From an uncultured Actinomycetota bacterium (GTDB lineage Bacteria; Actinomycetota; Actinomycetes; Mycobacteriales; QHCD01), in contig CAVZJT010000007.1 in the NCBI GenBank assembly GCA_963775655.1, positions 680,230-744,229 of the forward strand: 64,000 nt of DNA. Reading direction: 5' to 3'. Position 1 is the stretch's first letter, and the number at the start of each line of letters is the position of its first letter. This document shows, one piece after another, positions 1-9,240 of the stretch. The notes under the pieces were generated by a model. That model did no database searches. It was not told the origin of the DNA and saw only the letters and a program-made list of their open reading frames with translations. Made by a program: the position numbers and the translations under genes.

Positions 1-554
1 TGGCCCCACCGGATCCGGCACCGGTCGAGCACCGTCAGCGGGGTGTCGCCCCGGTCGGCGCCGAGCAACCCGACCCACGGGTAGACGCCGAAGACGTGGA
101 AGCTGTGGTGGGGCACCGCATCGGCCGGGACGTTCTCCTCGAGATAGCTCCAGGTGAGCCCGGTGCGTGGGTGGAACCGGTCGCGCAGGGAGTTGCCGAA
201 CATGTTGCGGTCGACCCGGTCGAGCAGCCGGCTGCCGACCCAGTAGGCCTGCACCACGCGCCGGTCGAGCGGGTCCCCGATGCCGGTGCCTTCGGCGATG
301 AGCTGCAGGTAGGGCCAGGCGCCGAGGAAGCCGCGCGCGAGCTGCACCAGCCCGCCGTCGACGACGCCGGCGGTGCCGTATTCGAGCAGCGCCCGGTGAT
401 CGGGCGGCCCGCAGTAGCCGAGTTCGTTGGGTGGGTAGGCGTAGCGGGTGAATAGCACCGCGCCGGATTCCTTGGCGAGGGCGCTCTCCGGCCGGTCGAG
501 GGTCGTGGGCCGGCCGGCGAGCCGGGCGCCGGTGGTGTCCCCGTCGAGGTTCAC
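1..554 (-). CDS. conserved hypothetical protein, 5' portion (gene runs off the window start)
   Basis: Open minus-strand frame to the window edge, absent from the ORF track. GTG at 554 is preceded by GGGGAGG. Translation is protein-like: VNLDGDTTGARLAGRP...FTRYAYPPNELGYCGPPDHRALLEYG... The listed + ORF 96..455 is its antisense shadow. Confidence 0.55.
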   Translation of the reverse strand, partial: MNLDGDTTGARLAGRPTTLDRPESALAKESGAVLFTRYAYPPNELGYCGPPDHRALLEYGTAGVVDGGLVQLARGFLGAWPYLQLIAEGTGIGDPLDRRVVQAYWVGSRLLDRVDRNMFGNSLRDRFHPRTGLTWSYLEENVPADAVPHHSFHVFGVYPWVGLLGADRGDTPLTVLDRCRIRWG

Positions 555-661
555 AGCTGCCTCCCCTGAGGCAGTCGACCGGGCGCGGCCGGCTGCGATG
601 TGTCCACGATGGAAAGACGTGCGGCCCGTGTCAAGGGCCGCGGTCGCGTGGTCGGGCGGTG

Positions 662-1429
662 TCAGCCCGGGTGTACGGCGCTGTGCACCTGGTCCAGATC
701 GGCGTCGTCGAGGCCGAGCGCGTGCCGCAGATCCGCCCCGGCGACGGGGTCGAGGTCGCGGTCGAGATCCGGACCGTAGGTCTGCGCGGCGAGGTCGGCG
801 TGCCGGGCCATCGCCGACCCCGCCGCCCGGGGACTGCCGGCCCGGATCGCGTTGTAGATCCGCCGGTGCATCGCGACACCGGCGGTCATCGTGGTCGGGT
901 CGCTCAGGCTGCGCAGGATCAGTTCGGTGCTGGGTTCGGCGAGCGAGGCGAACATGACCTCGAGCACCGGGTTGTGCGCCGCGCGCGCGACGGTGAGGTG
1001 GAAGGCGAGGTCGCGGCGTACCCGCTCCGCCAGCCGGTCGGCGCTCTCGAACGCCTCCAGGTGGGCCAGCAGGTCGCGCAGGTCGGCCTCGGTGGCCCGG
1101 ACCGCGGCCAACTCGGCCGCGTGCGACTCGAGCAGCCGACGCGCCTCGACGAGCTGGCGGGCGGTGACCCCGTGCCGGCGGAGCACCCCCTGGAACGCGC
1201 GTGCGGCGTCGGTCGTGCGGGGCGCCCGGACGAACGCCCCGCGACCGGTGACGACCTCGATGAGCCGGCGTTCGGCGAGCACTCCGAGCACCTCACGGAC
1301 GACCGACCGGCTCACCCGGTGGCGCTCGGCCAGCTTGCGTTCGGAGGGGAGCGCACCGCCCGGAGGTATCTCACCGCCGAGTATCTGGCGCTGCAGCAGC
1401 GCGGCGAGCGTGCTCGAGTTCGCCGTCAC
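662..1429 (-). CDS. GntR/FadR-family transcriptional regulator
   Basis: 255-aa ORF. N-terminal winged-HTH signature PSERKLAERHRVSRSVVREVLGVLAERRLIEV, followed by a helical FCD-like C-terminal half. GTG start with GGAGG 4 nt upstream. Confidence 0.85.
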   Translation of the reverse strand: MTANSSTLAALLQRQILGGEIPPGGALPSERKLAERHRVSRSVVREVLGVLAERRLIEVVTGRGAFVRAPRTTDAARAFQGVLRRHGVTARQLVEARRLLESHAAELAAVRATEADLRDLLAHLEAFESADRLAERVRRDLAFHLTVARAAHNPVLEVMFASLAEPSTELILRSLSDPTTMTAGVAMHRRIYNAIRAGSPRAAGSAMARHADLAAQTYGPDLDRDLDPVAGADLRHALGLDDADLDQVHSAVHPG

Positions 1430-1455
1430 GGCGCCTCCACCACCGGCCGTCCGGG

Positions 1456-2325
1456 TCAGCCCTTGACCGAGCCCACGGTGAGGCCCTCGATGAGCTGCTT
1501 GCGCAGCGCCAGGAAGATGAGGATGGTCGGGACGGCCGCGAGGATGGTCCCGGCCATGACGAGGCCGTATTCCCGTGAATACGTGCCGACCAGCGAGTTG
1601 AGCCCGAGCGGGAGGGTGAACTTCTCCTCACTGGACAGCACGACGAGCGGCCAGAGGAAGCTGTTGTAGCTGTTGAGGAAGTTCCAGACCGCCAAGGCAC
1701 CGAGGGCGGGCCGCACCATCGGCAGGACGATGCGGCAGAAGATGCCGAACTCGCTGGCGCCGTCGATGCGGGCGGCCTCGATCACCTGGTCCGGCACCGC
1801 CTGGATGATGAACTGCCGCATCATGAAGATGCCGAAGGCCGGCGCGACCCACGGCACGATCAGCGCGACGTAGGTGTCGGCCCAGCCGATCTTCGCCATC
1901 TCGACGAATAGCGGGATGAGGATGACCGCGAACGGAATCATCATCGAGCTGAACATGATGTCGAAGAGGATCCGTTGCCCGGGGAAGTGGTATTTGGCGA
2001 AGGCGTAACCGCCCAGGGAGCAGAAGAATACGGCGAGTGCGGTCGCGAGAATGCTGACCCAGAGGCTGGTCCACAACCAGCGCGGGAAGGGCACGTTCTT
2101 GAAGAGGTCGGTGAAGTTCTGCAGGGTGCCGTGAGTGGGCCACAGCTTCGGCGGGTAGACGAAGATCTCCGCCACCGGCTTGAACGAGCTCGACAGCGCC
2201 CACACCAGCGGCAGTACGGCGACGATCAGGATGAGGACCAGCACCGCGTAGAGGCCGGTCATCCGGGCCCGGCGGCCCGTCGGAGAGGACGACCGCCGGG
2301 TGCGGGTCATGGTGGTCGCGGCCAT
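1456..2325 (-). CDS. carbohydrate ABC transporter permease (MalG-like)
   Basis: Real start is M255 of the 543-aa track ORF (MAATTMTRTRR...). Multi-TM sequence with an EAA-loop-like EAARIDGASEFGIFCRIVLPMVRP. TGATG start/stop overlap with the upstream permease. Confidence 0.85.
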   Translation of the reverse strand: MAATTMTRTRRSSSPTGRRARMTGLYAVLVLILIVAVLPLVWALSSSFKPVAEIFVYPPKLWPTHGTLQNFTDLFKNVPFPRWLWTSLWVSILATALAVFFCSLGGYAFAKYHFPGQRILFDIMFSSMMIPFAVILIPLFVEMAKIGWADTYVALIVPWVAPAFGIFMMRQFIIQAVPDQVIEAARIDGASEFGIFCRIVLPMVRPALGALAVWNFLNSYNSFLWPLVVLSSEEKFTLPLGLNSLVGTYSREYGLVMAGTILAAVPTILIFLALRKQLIEGLTVGSVKG

Positions 2326-3272
2326 CAGTGATCCTCTCGTCCGATGCCGAAGAAGTGCGCGAGTACGCGGGTCAGGACGAACACGACGATGAAGAGCAGG
2401 AACCCGGCCGCCGCGGCGTAGCCGAAGTCCTCGCGCTCGAACGCGGCGCGGTAGATGAAGTACGCGACGCTCATCGTGGATTCGCCCGGGCCGCCTTGCG
2501 TGAGGATGAACGGCTCTTCGAAGATCTGCGCCGCGCCGATGAAGACGGTGATCGCCACGAACGCGGTCACCGGCTTGAGCATCGGGACGGTGACGTTGCG
2601 GAACTTGCCGAGCGCGCCGGCGCCGTCGAGATCGGCTGCCTCGTAGAGGTCGCGGGGAACGCTCTGCAGTCCGGCGAGGAAATAGATGACCAGGTATCCG
2701 GTCCAGCGCCAGATCAGGACGATGACGATCGCCACCTTCGCCCAGTTGGGAGCGCCCAGCCAGTTGACCGGCTTGATCCCGATCAGACCGCGCAGCACGG
2801 CGTTGAGCAGGCCGAAGTTCTGGTCGAAGATGATCGTGAAGACGAGGGAGACCACGACGGGGGACAGCACCATCGGCAGGAAGTAGCCGACCCGGAACAT
2901 GTCCCGGCCGCGTAGTCCGCGGGTGTTGAGCGCGGTGGCGATCACGAGCGCGAGCGGCGTCACGACCAGCACGCTGGCTGCGACGTACCACAGGGTGTTG
3001 GTCACTGCGCCGTGGAAGCTGGAGTCGCGGAACAGCCGGGTGTAGTTGCTCAGTCCGACCCAGGTGCTCGGCCCGATGCCGGCCCACTCGTGCAGGCTGA
3101 GCCAGAACGCGTAGACCGTCGGTCCCAGCAGGAAAAGCACGTAGAGGACGTAGAACGGCGACACGAACAGGTAGGGCACCAGTCGGCCGTGCTGGCGGGT
3201 GCGCCCAGCCGGCAGCGTGCGGGACTTCCGGTCACCCGCCGGTCGGCGCAGGACGGTCGAGGTCTCAGCCAT
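2325..3272 (-). CDS. carbohydrate ABC transporter permease (MalF-like)
   Basis: 315-aa ORF, polytopic, with an EAA loop YEAADLDGAGALGKFRNVTVPMLKP. Confidence 0.85.
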   Translation of the reverse strand: MAETSTVLRRPAGDRKSRTLPAGRTRQHGRLVPYLFVSPFYVLYVLFLLGPTVYAFWLSLHEWAGIGPSTWVGLSNYTRLFRDSSFHGAVTNTLWYVAASVLVVTPLALVIATALNTRGLRGRDMFRVGYFLPMVLSPVVVSLVFTIIFDQNFGLLNAVLRGLIGIKPVNWLGAPNWAKVAIVIVLIWRWTGYLVIYFLAGLQSVPRDLYEAADLDGAGALGKFRNVTVPMLKPVTAFVAITVFIGAAQIFEEPFILTQGGPGESTMSVAYFIYRAAFEREDFGYAAAAGFLLFIVVFVLTRVLAHFFGIGREDH

Positions 3273-3281
3273 TCTCGTCGC

Positions 3282-4604
3282 TCACTTCATCTGGGAGGTG
3301 ATGGATGCGGTGGCGCTCTTGACGGCCTGTGCTGCGGTCTTGCGGCCGGTGAGGGCGTCTTCGAGGGCGATCGACAGCTCGACCGTCATGATGTTCCAGT
3401 ACGGGCTCTGGTACTGGGTCGGCGCATCGTTGGACAGGCTCTTGAACAGCCGGAACGAGTGCTGGCCACCCAGATACGGGTCGGTGAAGTCGATGAGCTC
3501 CTTGTTGTCCCACGCCTTCTTCATGGTCGGCAGGAAGTGGATCCGCTTGAAGCGCTCGACCTGGCCTTCCTCGGTCAGATAGACCTTCTGCAGCAGGTCC
3601 CAGGTCGCATCCGTGCCGGCCATGCCCTTCGAGACGCAGAATCCGGTGCCGCCCCACACGCTGGTGGGATGCCCGCCGCCGGCGAAGCGGGGGAGCGGAC
3701 GCATCCGCCACTTGCCGGAGAGTTCGGGTGCGGTCGACCGGAGGATGAAGCTCTCGAACCAGTCCGGCATGAAGAAGGCGGCGCCCTTGCCCTGCTTGAT
3801 CGCGGCGGTGCCGGGGCCGCCGTAGAAGTCGCTGACCATCAGGAACGCCCCGGAATTCACGCCGTCGACCATCAGCTGGATCGCGTCGACCGTCTCCCGG
3901 CTGTCGATGGTGAGGTTGCCGTCCTTGTCGAAGAACTGTCCGCCCCGCTGCTGCAGCAGGATTCCGAGCCAGGTCAGGTCGCCGCCCTGCGGGATTCCGA
4001 CCACCCCGAGCGACACGCCGTGTTTGTCGTGGACCTGCTTACCGACCTTCAGGACGTCGTCCCACGTGTCGAGTTCGACCGGGATCTTGTACTTCTCGAA
4101 GAGGTCGGCGCGGTAGTAGTAGACCGCGAGCGGGAAGGACGACTCGACGCCGTACTGCCGTCCGCCCACCTGGTACGGCGCCCAGCGGGACGCGAAGAAC
4201 TGGTCCCGGACGGCGGCGATCCGGTCGGTCAGGTCCACGAACACGGTCGGCGCGATCCCGGCCTTCATGAAACGGGAGAACTGCGAGATCTCGATGCCGG
4301 GTAGCTCCGGCGGGTGGCTGTGCGCGGTGTACGCCGAGAGGGTCTTCGTGGCGACGACCTCGGAGTCCTGGACCAGCGGGCGCAGGTTGTAGCGGTACGT
4401 CGCCGACGGCGTCGACAGGCGCTTCGCCCACCAGGTGAAGAGGTTGACGTAGTTCTGGTCGTTGGTCCACAGGTTCACGTCGACCGAACCGGACTTGATC
4501 GGGGCCTCCGGGCCCTGACCGCAGGCTGCGAGGCCGGGCGCCAGCAGGCCTCCAGCGGCCGCCGCGCCCCCGAACCTCAGCAGGTCGCGTCGTGACAAGG
4601 CCAT
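3282..4604 (-). CDS. sugar-type ABC transporter solute-binding lipoprotein (family 1)
   Basis: 440-aa ORF. Twin-arginine/lipoprotein signal MALSRRDLLRFGGAAAAGGLLAPGLAAC. First transporter gene of the operon. Confidence 0.85.
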   Translation of the reverse strand: MALSRRDLLRFGGAAAAGGLLAPGLAACGQGPEAPIKSGSVDVNLWTNDQNYVNLFTWWAKRLSTPSATYRYNLRPLVQDSEVVATKTLSAYTAHSHPPELPGIEISQFSRFMKAGIAPTVFVDLTDRIAAVRDQFFASRWAPYQVGGRQYGVESSFPLAVYYYRADLFEKYKIPVELDTWDDVLKVGKQVHDKHGVSLGVVGIPQGGDLTWLGILLQQRGGQFFDKDGNLTIDSRETVDAIQLMVDGVNSGAFLMVSDFYGGPGTAAIKQGKGAAFFMPDWFESFILRSTAPELSGKWRMRPLPRFAGGGHPTSVWGGTGFCVSKGMAGTDATWDLLQKVYLTEEGQVERFKRIHFLPTMKKAWDNKELIDFTDPYLGGQHSFRLFKSLSNDAPTQYQSPYWNIMTVELSIALEDALTGRKTAAQAVKSATASITSQMK

Positions 4605-4631
4605 GGCGATCTCCGATCCCAGTGTTTTCGG

Positions 4632-5843
4632 TCAGACCGTGCTGATGCGTCGTCGTACGTCGGCGCGGTCGGCGAGCCCGTCGACCAGCCGCAGCCCGAG
4701 ACCGGGTTCGCGGGTCGGCGCGATCCGGCCGTCGACGACCTCCGGCAGGCCGACGACGAGGTCGGCGTACCAGGTCCGCAGGAATGCCCGGACGGTCTCC
4801 TGGATGAGGCTGTTGGGCTGGCTCATGACCAGGTGCACGCACGCGGCGAAACTCACCGGGCCGGTGCAGTCGTGCGGCGCGATCGGCACGCCGTAGGTGT
4901 CGGCGAGGGCCGCCACCTTGCGCGCCTCGGTGATACCGCCGGTCCACTGCACGTCGACGGTGACCACGTCGAGCGCGCCGGACTGCAGGAGCGGCAGAAA
5001 TCCGCGGCGTCCGATGCACGTCTCGCCGGTGGCGATCGGTACGTCGACCCGCGACGCGAGTCGCGAGAACGCCTCGACCTGGTCTCCGCGCACCGGATCC
5101 TCGACCCAGAAGGGCTGGTAGGGCGCGACGGCGGCGCAGATCCGCTCGGCGGTCGGCCGGTTCCAGAGCCCGTGCAGTTCGACCATCAGCCGCATGTCGA
5201 GCCCGACGGAGTCCCTGATCGCGGCGAGGCACCGCAGTCCGGCGTCCAACTCCGCGGGTGAGATCTCGTTGCCCGCGGTGCGTTCGGCCGCGGTGTCGAA
5301 CGGCCAGACCTTCATCCCGCCGATGCCCTCGGCCAGGAGTTCCTTGGCCAGCGCCGCCGGCCGGTGCAGGAAGGCCTCGAGGTCTTCGTACCGGCCGGCG
5401 TCGCCGACGCCCCAGTTCGCCGACTCCTGCCGGCCGGAGGTGGCGATGTATCCCGGGCCGGCGCAGGTGTTGTAGACGTCGATGTCGTCGCGCACCGGGC
5501 CGCCGAGCAGGTCGGTCACCGGCAGACCGGCCTGCCGGCCGAGCAGGTCCCACAGCGCGATGTCCACCGCGCCGAGGGCCCGGGTCTCCACTCCGCCGCC
5601 CTGGTAGCCGACGTAGGGCGCGAGCAGACGGCTGATCCGTTCCGGGCGGGGATCGGTGCGGTCCAGCAGCGCCGGCGCCACCACCGAATGCAGGTAGGCC
5701 TCGACGGCGTCCGGGCTGAAGAACGTCTCGCCGAGCCCGACCGCGCCGTCGTCGGTGTGCAGCCGGAGCAGCAGCACGTTGGGCTGGAAATCGGGACGCA
5801 GCGTCTCCAGAGCGGTGAGCCGCACGCTGCCTACCTCCACCAT
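4632..5843 (-). CDS. enolase-superfamily enzyme (mandelate racemase/muconate lactonizing family, probable acid-sugar dehydratase)
   Basis: 403-aa ORF. N-terminal capping domain (LLLRLHTDDGAVGLGETF) and barrel-domain motifs (MVELHGLW, FWVEDP, IATGE). First gene of the sugar operon. Confidence 0.8.
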   Translation of the reverse strand: MVEVGSVRLTALETLRPDFQPNVLLLRLHTDDGAVGLGETFFSPDAVEAYLHSVVAPALLDRTDPRPERISRLLAPYVGYQGGGVETRALGAVDIALWDLLGRQAGLPVTDLLGGPVRDDIDVYNTCAGPGYIATSGRQESANWGVGDAGRYEDLEAFLHRPAALAKELLAEGIGGMKVWPFDTAAERTAGNEISPAELDAGLRCLAAIRDSVGLDMRLMVELHGLWNRPTAERICAAVAPYQPFWVEDPVRGDQVEAFSRLASRVDVPIATGETCIGRRGFLPLLQSGALDVVTVDVQWTGGITEARKVAALADTYGVPIAPHDCTGPVSFAACVHLVMSQPNSLIQETVRAFLRTWYADLVVGLPEVVDGRIAPTREPGLGLRLVDGLADRADVRRRISTV

Positions 5844-5849
5844 GTCGGC

Positions 5850-5864
5850 ACTGGTCGGACCGGT
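5850..5864. promoter_or_regulatory. candidate GntR-type operator (near-palindrome ACTGGTCGGACCGGT); related copy GGGTCGGACCAT at 5888-5899
   Basis: Seen in the divergent intergenic region upstream of the operon that ends in the GntR gene. It has the T.GT...AC.A-like dyad typical of FadR/GntR operators. Confidence 0.3.
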
Positions 5865-5995
5865 CGTGCCAGGAGAGGTTGGTAGCCGGGTCGGACCATG
5901 TCAACCCCGGACATCGGATAAGCACTCTTTGCAACCGAAAGCCGGACGCGGACCTACCACATCACTCACAGTGGTAACTGGGACGGGAGGTGGTG

Positions 5996-7108
5996 ATGGA
6001 CGAGTCCCTTCCGCAACCCGTACGACGGGCCGGTTCTGCCCGTCCCGTGGCGCGTCCGCACGCGGGTGCCCGGCTGGGGCTCCTGGTCATCTCCTTCGGC
6101 GTGACCGTCGTCGTCACCCGACTTTTCCTCGTGCTCGCGGGCTATCCGCAGATCGCCGGTGGTGGGTACCACATCGCCCACGCGCTCTGGGGCGGTGTCC
6201 TGTTGGCGATCGGGGCGGTCCTGCCGCTGCTCTGGGCGAACGACTGGGCCTTCACCGTGGCCGCGCTGTGCGCCGGGACGGGTGTCGGGCTCTTCATCGA
6301 CGAGGTGGGCAAGTTCATCACCTCGAAGAACGACTACTTCACCCCGGTGGCCGCCCCGATCATCTACGTGGTGTTTCTCGGGATTCTCGCCCTCGCCCGC
6401 CGGGTGAGCCGGCCCCGGCACTACGACGCGCGCGGGCAGACCTATGTCGTCCTTGACGACCTCACCCGGGTCGCGGACGCGCGGGTGGGCACCGGCCTGC
6501 GGGCCGACCTGCTGTCCCGGCTCACCCTCATCACCTCGTCGACCGATCGGCCCGACCTCGCCGACCTCGCCACCCGGCTGCGGCCGTACATCGCTTCACC
6601 GGCGGTCCAGGCCCGGTTGATCGTCTCGCGGTGGCAACGGGTGGTGGCCTGGCTGGAGTCGGTCGAACGGCGGCTGTTGCCGCGGCTCCTGCACCGGATC
6701 ATCCTGGCGTTCCTGTCGTTTCTGATCGGCGTGTATTCCCTGGTCGGGCTCGCCGTCGTCTACGTGCTCTTGACGAGCGATGCGAAAGCGCTCATCAAGG
6801 TCGACGACAAAACGATCCGCGGAAACGCCGACGCGCCGGTGCTCCTGCTGGCCGGCATCGGCGAGACGATCGTCGGACTCCTGCTGATGGTGGCGACCGT
6901 GCTGCTGATCTTCGCCCGCGACAAGCGTGGAGTGCAGGCCGGCATCGCCGCTCTCGTGCTCTCCCTGGCAGGCGTCAACATTCTCTTGGGTTACGTCAGT
7001 GCCGAGACCGTCGTCGCCGCCATCGTCGTCGAGCTTCCGCTGCTCGGTCTCTATGTCCGCTACCGCAAGCGATTCCTGGTCCCGGCAACGTCCGACGCGG
7101 ACGGTTGA
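5996..7108 (+). CDS. polytopic membrane protein, unknown function
   Basis: ATG at 5996 lies 5 nt after GGGAGG. Several hydrophobic spans. Motif GGYHIAHALWGGVLLAIG...GLFIDEVGKF is shared with the gene at 9170-10036. Confidence 0.7.
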   Translation: MDESLPQPVRRAGSARPVARPHAGARLGLLVISFGVTVVVTRLFLVLAGYPQIAGGGYHIAHALWGGVLLAIGAVLPLLWANDWAFTVAALCAGTGVGLFIDEVGKFITSKNDYFTPVAAPIIYVVFLGILALARRVSRPRHYDARGQTYVVLDDLTRVADARVGTGLRADLLSRLTLITSSTDRPDLADLATRLRPYIASPAVQARLIVSRWQRVVAWLESVERRLLPRLLHRIILAFLSFLIGVYSLVGLAVVYVLLTSDAKALIKVDDKTIRGNADAPVLLLAGIGETIVGLLLMVATVLLIFARDKRGVQAGIAALVLSLAGVNILLGYVSAETVVAAIVVELPLLGLYVRYRKRFLVPATSDADG

Positions 7109-7110
7109 CC

Positions 7111-9240
7111 GTGGCCGAGGACACCGCGACCGCCGGGCGCGCGGCGTCGACGCGACGCGTCATCCTGCTGATCCTCCGCAAGTGTCCATTCACGGCCGCC
7201 GTCGTGGTCGCACTACTCGTCGTCGGTGCCGCCACCACGACGCTGTGGCACGCCACCGAACATCAATCGTGGTATCCCGACGTCGCCTTCGGTCTGCCGT
7301 CTTTCGAGAAGGGACGCTGGTGGACCTTGGTCACCGGCCCCTGGTTCGCCATATCCCCCGTGGTCTACCTGCCGCTGATCCTGGCGTTCGCACTGCTCGT
7401 CGGATACACCGAATGGCAGGTCGGGACCAGGCGGGCGGCGACGTACTGCGTCGGCGGGCAAATAGTCGGCGTACTCGGCGCCGCGTTCTTTCTCTGGATC
7501 TTCCACGACACCGGATGGACGTGGGCGCACCAGCTGGCCGGTGGCGTCGACGTAGGGTTCTCGGCCGGTGCGCTCGCGTCGATCGCCGTCCTCTCCGCGG
7601 CGATCCGTGCGCCCTGGCGGCTGCGCATACGGGCGGTGCTCGTCGGCTATGTCGCGATCTCCGTGCTCTACGTCGGCACCCTCGCCGACCTCGAGCACGC
7701 CATCGCGGTGGCCGTCGCGCTGCCGCTGGGCCGCTACCTGGTCGGCGGTGTGCCGACGCACGACCGGGCTGGACCGTCCCGGCGGGAGTGGCGTCTCATT
7801 TCCGCGGTCGGGCTCGCCGTGATCGCCGGGATCCGCTTCGTCGTCTGGTTGCTCCCCGGTAACGGGCCGCTCGGATCCACCGCAGGGACAGGAGGATCCG
7901 CGGCCGAGGTCGCGGTCGTGCTCGTCGTGACCGCGCTTCTGGTCAACGGGTTGCGGCGCGGACGACGGGTGGCCTGGCGGTGGGCCGTCGGCTTTTCCGG
8001 GTTATTCGTCGCCCTCGCCCTCGTCGCCGCCGTGCTCCTGATCGTCGCCGGAGCGATCCCGGGACCGAACCCCGACATCGATGTGGGCGGTCAACCGTTG
8101 TTCGTTGCCGACGGAGTGCTGTGGGCCGGCATGCTGCTGGTGCTCATCCTCGCGCGCGACGCCTTCGCCGTACCGGGAGGACGACGCCGGCGTCGTGGGG
8201 TGCCGGGCGCGGTCGATCGCGAGGAGGCGGTCGCGCTGCTCCGCCGGCACGGCGGCGACCACCTGTCCTGGATGACGACCTGGCCCGCGAACACCTACTT
8301 CAGCGGTGACGGCACCGAGGCCTACGTCGCCTACCGAGTGCAGGCGGGTGTCGCACTCGGGCTCGGTGATCCGGTGGGGCTCCGCGCGGCCCGACTGACG
8401 TCCGTCCGGTCGTTCGCGTCGATGTGCGACGCGTCCGGCTTCACTCCCTGCCTCTTCTCGGTCGGTGCCACGGTCGCGGCGGCGGCCGAGGAGATCGGCT
8501 GGCAGTCCCTGCAGGTCGCCGAGGACACGGTGATCGACCTCGCCGGACTCGAATTCCGCGGCAAGTCGTGGCAGGGCGTGCGGACCGCACTCAACCGGGC
8601 GAAGAAGGAGGGCATCGAATACCGACTGGTGGTCCTCGCCGACGAGCCCGCCTCGGTGATCGACCAGGTGCGGGAGATTTCCGAGGAATGGGTGGGGGAC
8701 AAGAAGCTCCCGGAGATGGGCTTCACACTCGGCGGTGTCGATGAGGCCCTCGACCGGCAGGTGCGGGTCGGACTCGCGATCGACGGCGACGGCCGGGTGC
8801 AGGGCGTCACGTCGTGGCTGCCCGTGTACGACGGGGGCGACCGGATCTCGGGCTGGACCCTCGACGTCATGCGCCGCCGTAGCGACGGGTTCCGGCCCGT
8901 GGTCGAGTACCTCATCGCCTCGGCGTGCCTCGCGTTTCAGGCCGAGGGCGCGGATTTCCTCTCCCTGTCCGCCGCCCCGTTGGCGCGTAGCGAATCGGCC
9001 CAGGCGACGACCACACTGGACCGGCTGCTCGACGCACTCGGCGCCGCACTCGAGCCCTACTACGGCTTCCGCTCCCTGCACACCTTCAAGATGAAGTTCA
9101 AGCCGCGCTATGAACCGCTCTACCTCGTCTACCGCGACGAGGCGGACCTGCCGCGGATCGGCATCGCCCTCACCCGGGCCTACCTGCCTGATGCGGACGC
9201 CCGGGATCTCCTTCGGCTGGCGACGACGGGGCGTGAGTGA
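7111..9240 (+). CDS. MprF/LysX-like membrane protein (polytopic N-terminal domain plus C-terminal DUF2156 aminoacyl-phosphatidylglycerol synthase-type domain, no LysRS domain)
   Basis: GTG at 7111 (V161 of track ORF 6631..9240) lies 2 nt after the upstream stop. The C-terminal half (LSWMTTWPANTYF...AYVAYRVQAGVALGLGDPVG...FRGKSWQGVRTALNRAKKEGIEYRLV) matches my recollection of the MprF/LysX C-terminal domain. Confidence 0.7.
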   Translation: MAEDTATAGRAASTRRVILLILRKCPFTAAVVVALLVVGAATTTLWHATEHQSWYPDVAFGLPSFEKGRWWTLVTGPWFAISPVVYLPLILAFALLVGYTEWQVGTRRAATYCVGGQIVGVLGAAFFLWIFHDTGWTWAHQLAGGVDVGFSAGALASIAVLSAAIRAPWRLRIRAVLVGYVAISVLYVGTLADLEHAIAVAVALPLGRYLVGGVPTHDRAGPSRREWRLISAVGLAVIAGIRFVVWLLPGNGPLGSTAGTGGSAAEVAVVLVVTALLVNGLRRGRRVAWRWAVGFSGLFVALALVAAVLLIVAGAIPGPNPDIDVGGQPLFVADGVLWAGMLLVLILARDAFAVPGGRRRRRGVPGAVDREEAVALLRRHGGDHLSWMTTWPANTYFSGDGTEAYVAYRVQAGVALGLGDPVGLRAARLTSVRSFASMCDASGFTPCLFSVGATVAAAAEEIGWQSLQVAEDTVIDLAGLEFRGKSWQGVRTALNRAKKEGIEYRLVVLADEPASVIDQVREISEEWVGDKKLPEMGFTLGGVDEALDRQVRVGLAIDGDGRVQGVTSWLPVYDGGDRISGWTLDVMRRRSDGFRPVVEYLIASACLAFQAEGADFLSLSAAPLARSESAQATTTLDRLLDALGAALEPYYGFRSLHTFKMKFKPRYEPLYLVYRDEADLPRIGIALTRAYLPDADARDLLRLATTGRE

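Noticed and set aside
96-455. The + strand ORF 96..455 (119 aa), and 448..957 / 659..1669 (+).
   Set aside because: These are shadows of the minus-strand hypothetical gene (1-554) and of the GntR gene (662-1429). Their translations are low-complexity.
4039-5934. Very long antisense ORFs, for example 4039..5934 (-, 631 aa), 12492..14981 (-, 829 aa), 17288..18922 and 17580..19550 (-), 20846..23224 (-, 792 aa), 24029..26332 (-, 767 aa), 27132..29279 (+, 715 aa), 54861..56627 (-, 588 aa) and 43375..45237 (+, 620 aa).
   Set aside because: All lie opposite or out of frame to genes with unambiguous conserved signatures. They have extreme Arg/Pro/Gly/Ala composition typical of stop-poor alternative frames in high-GC DNA.
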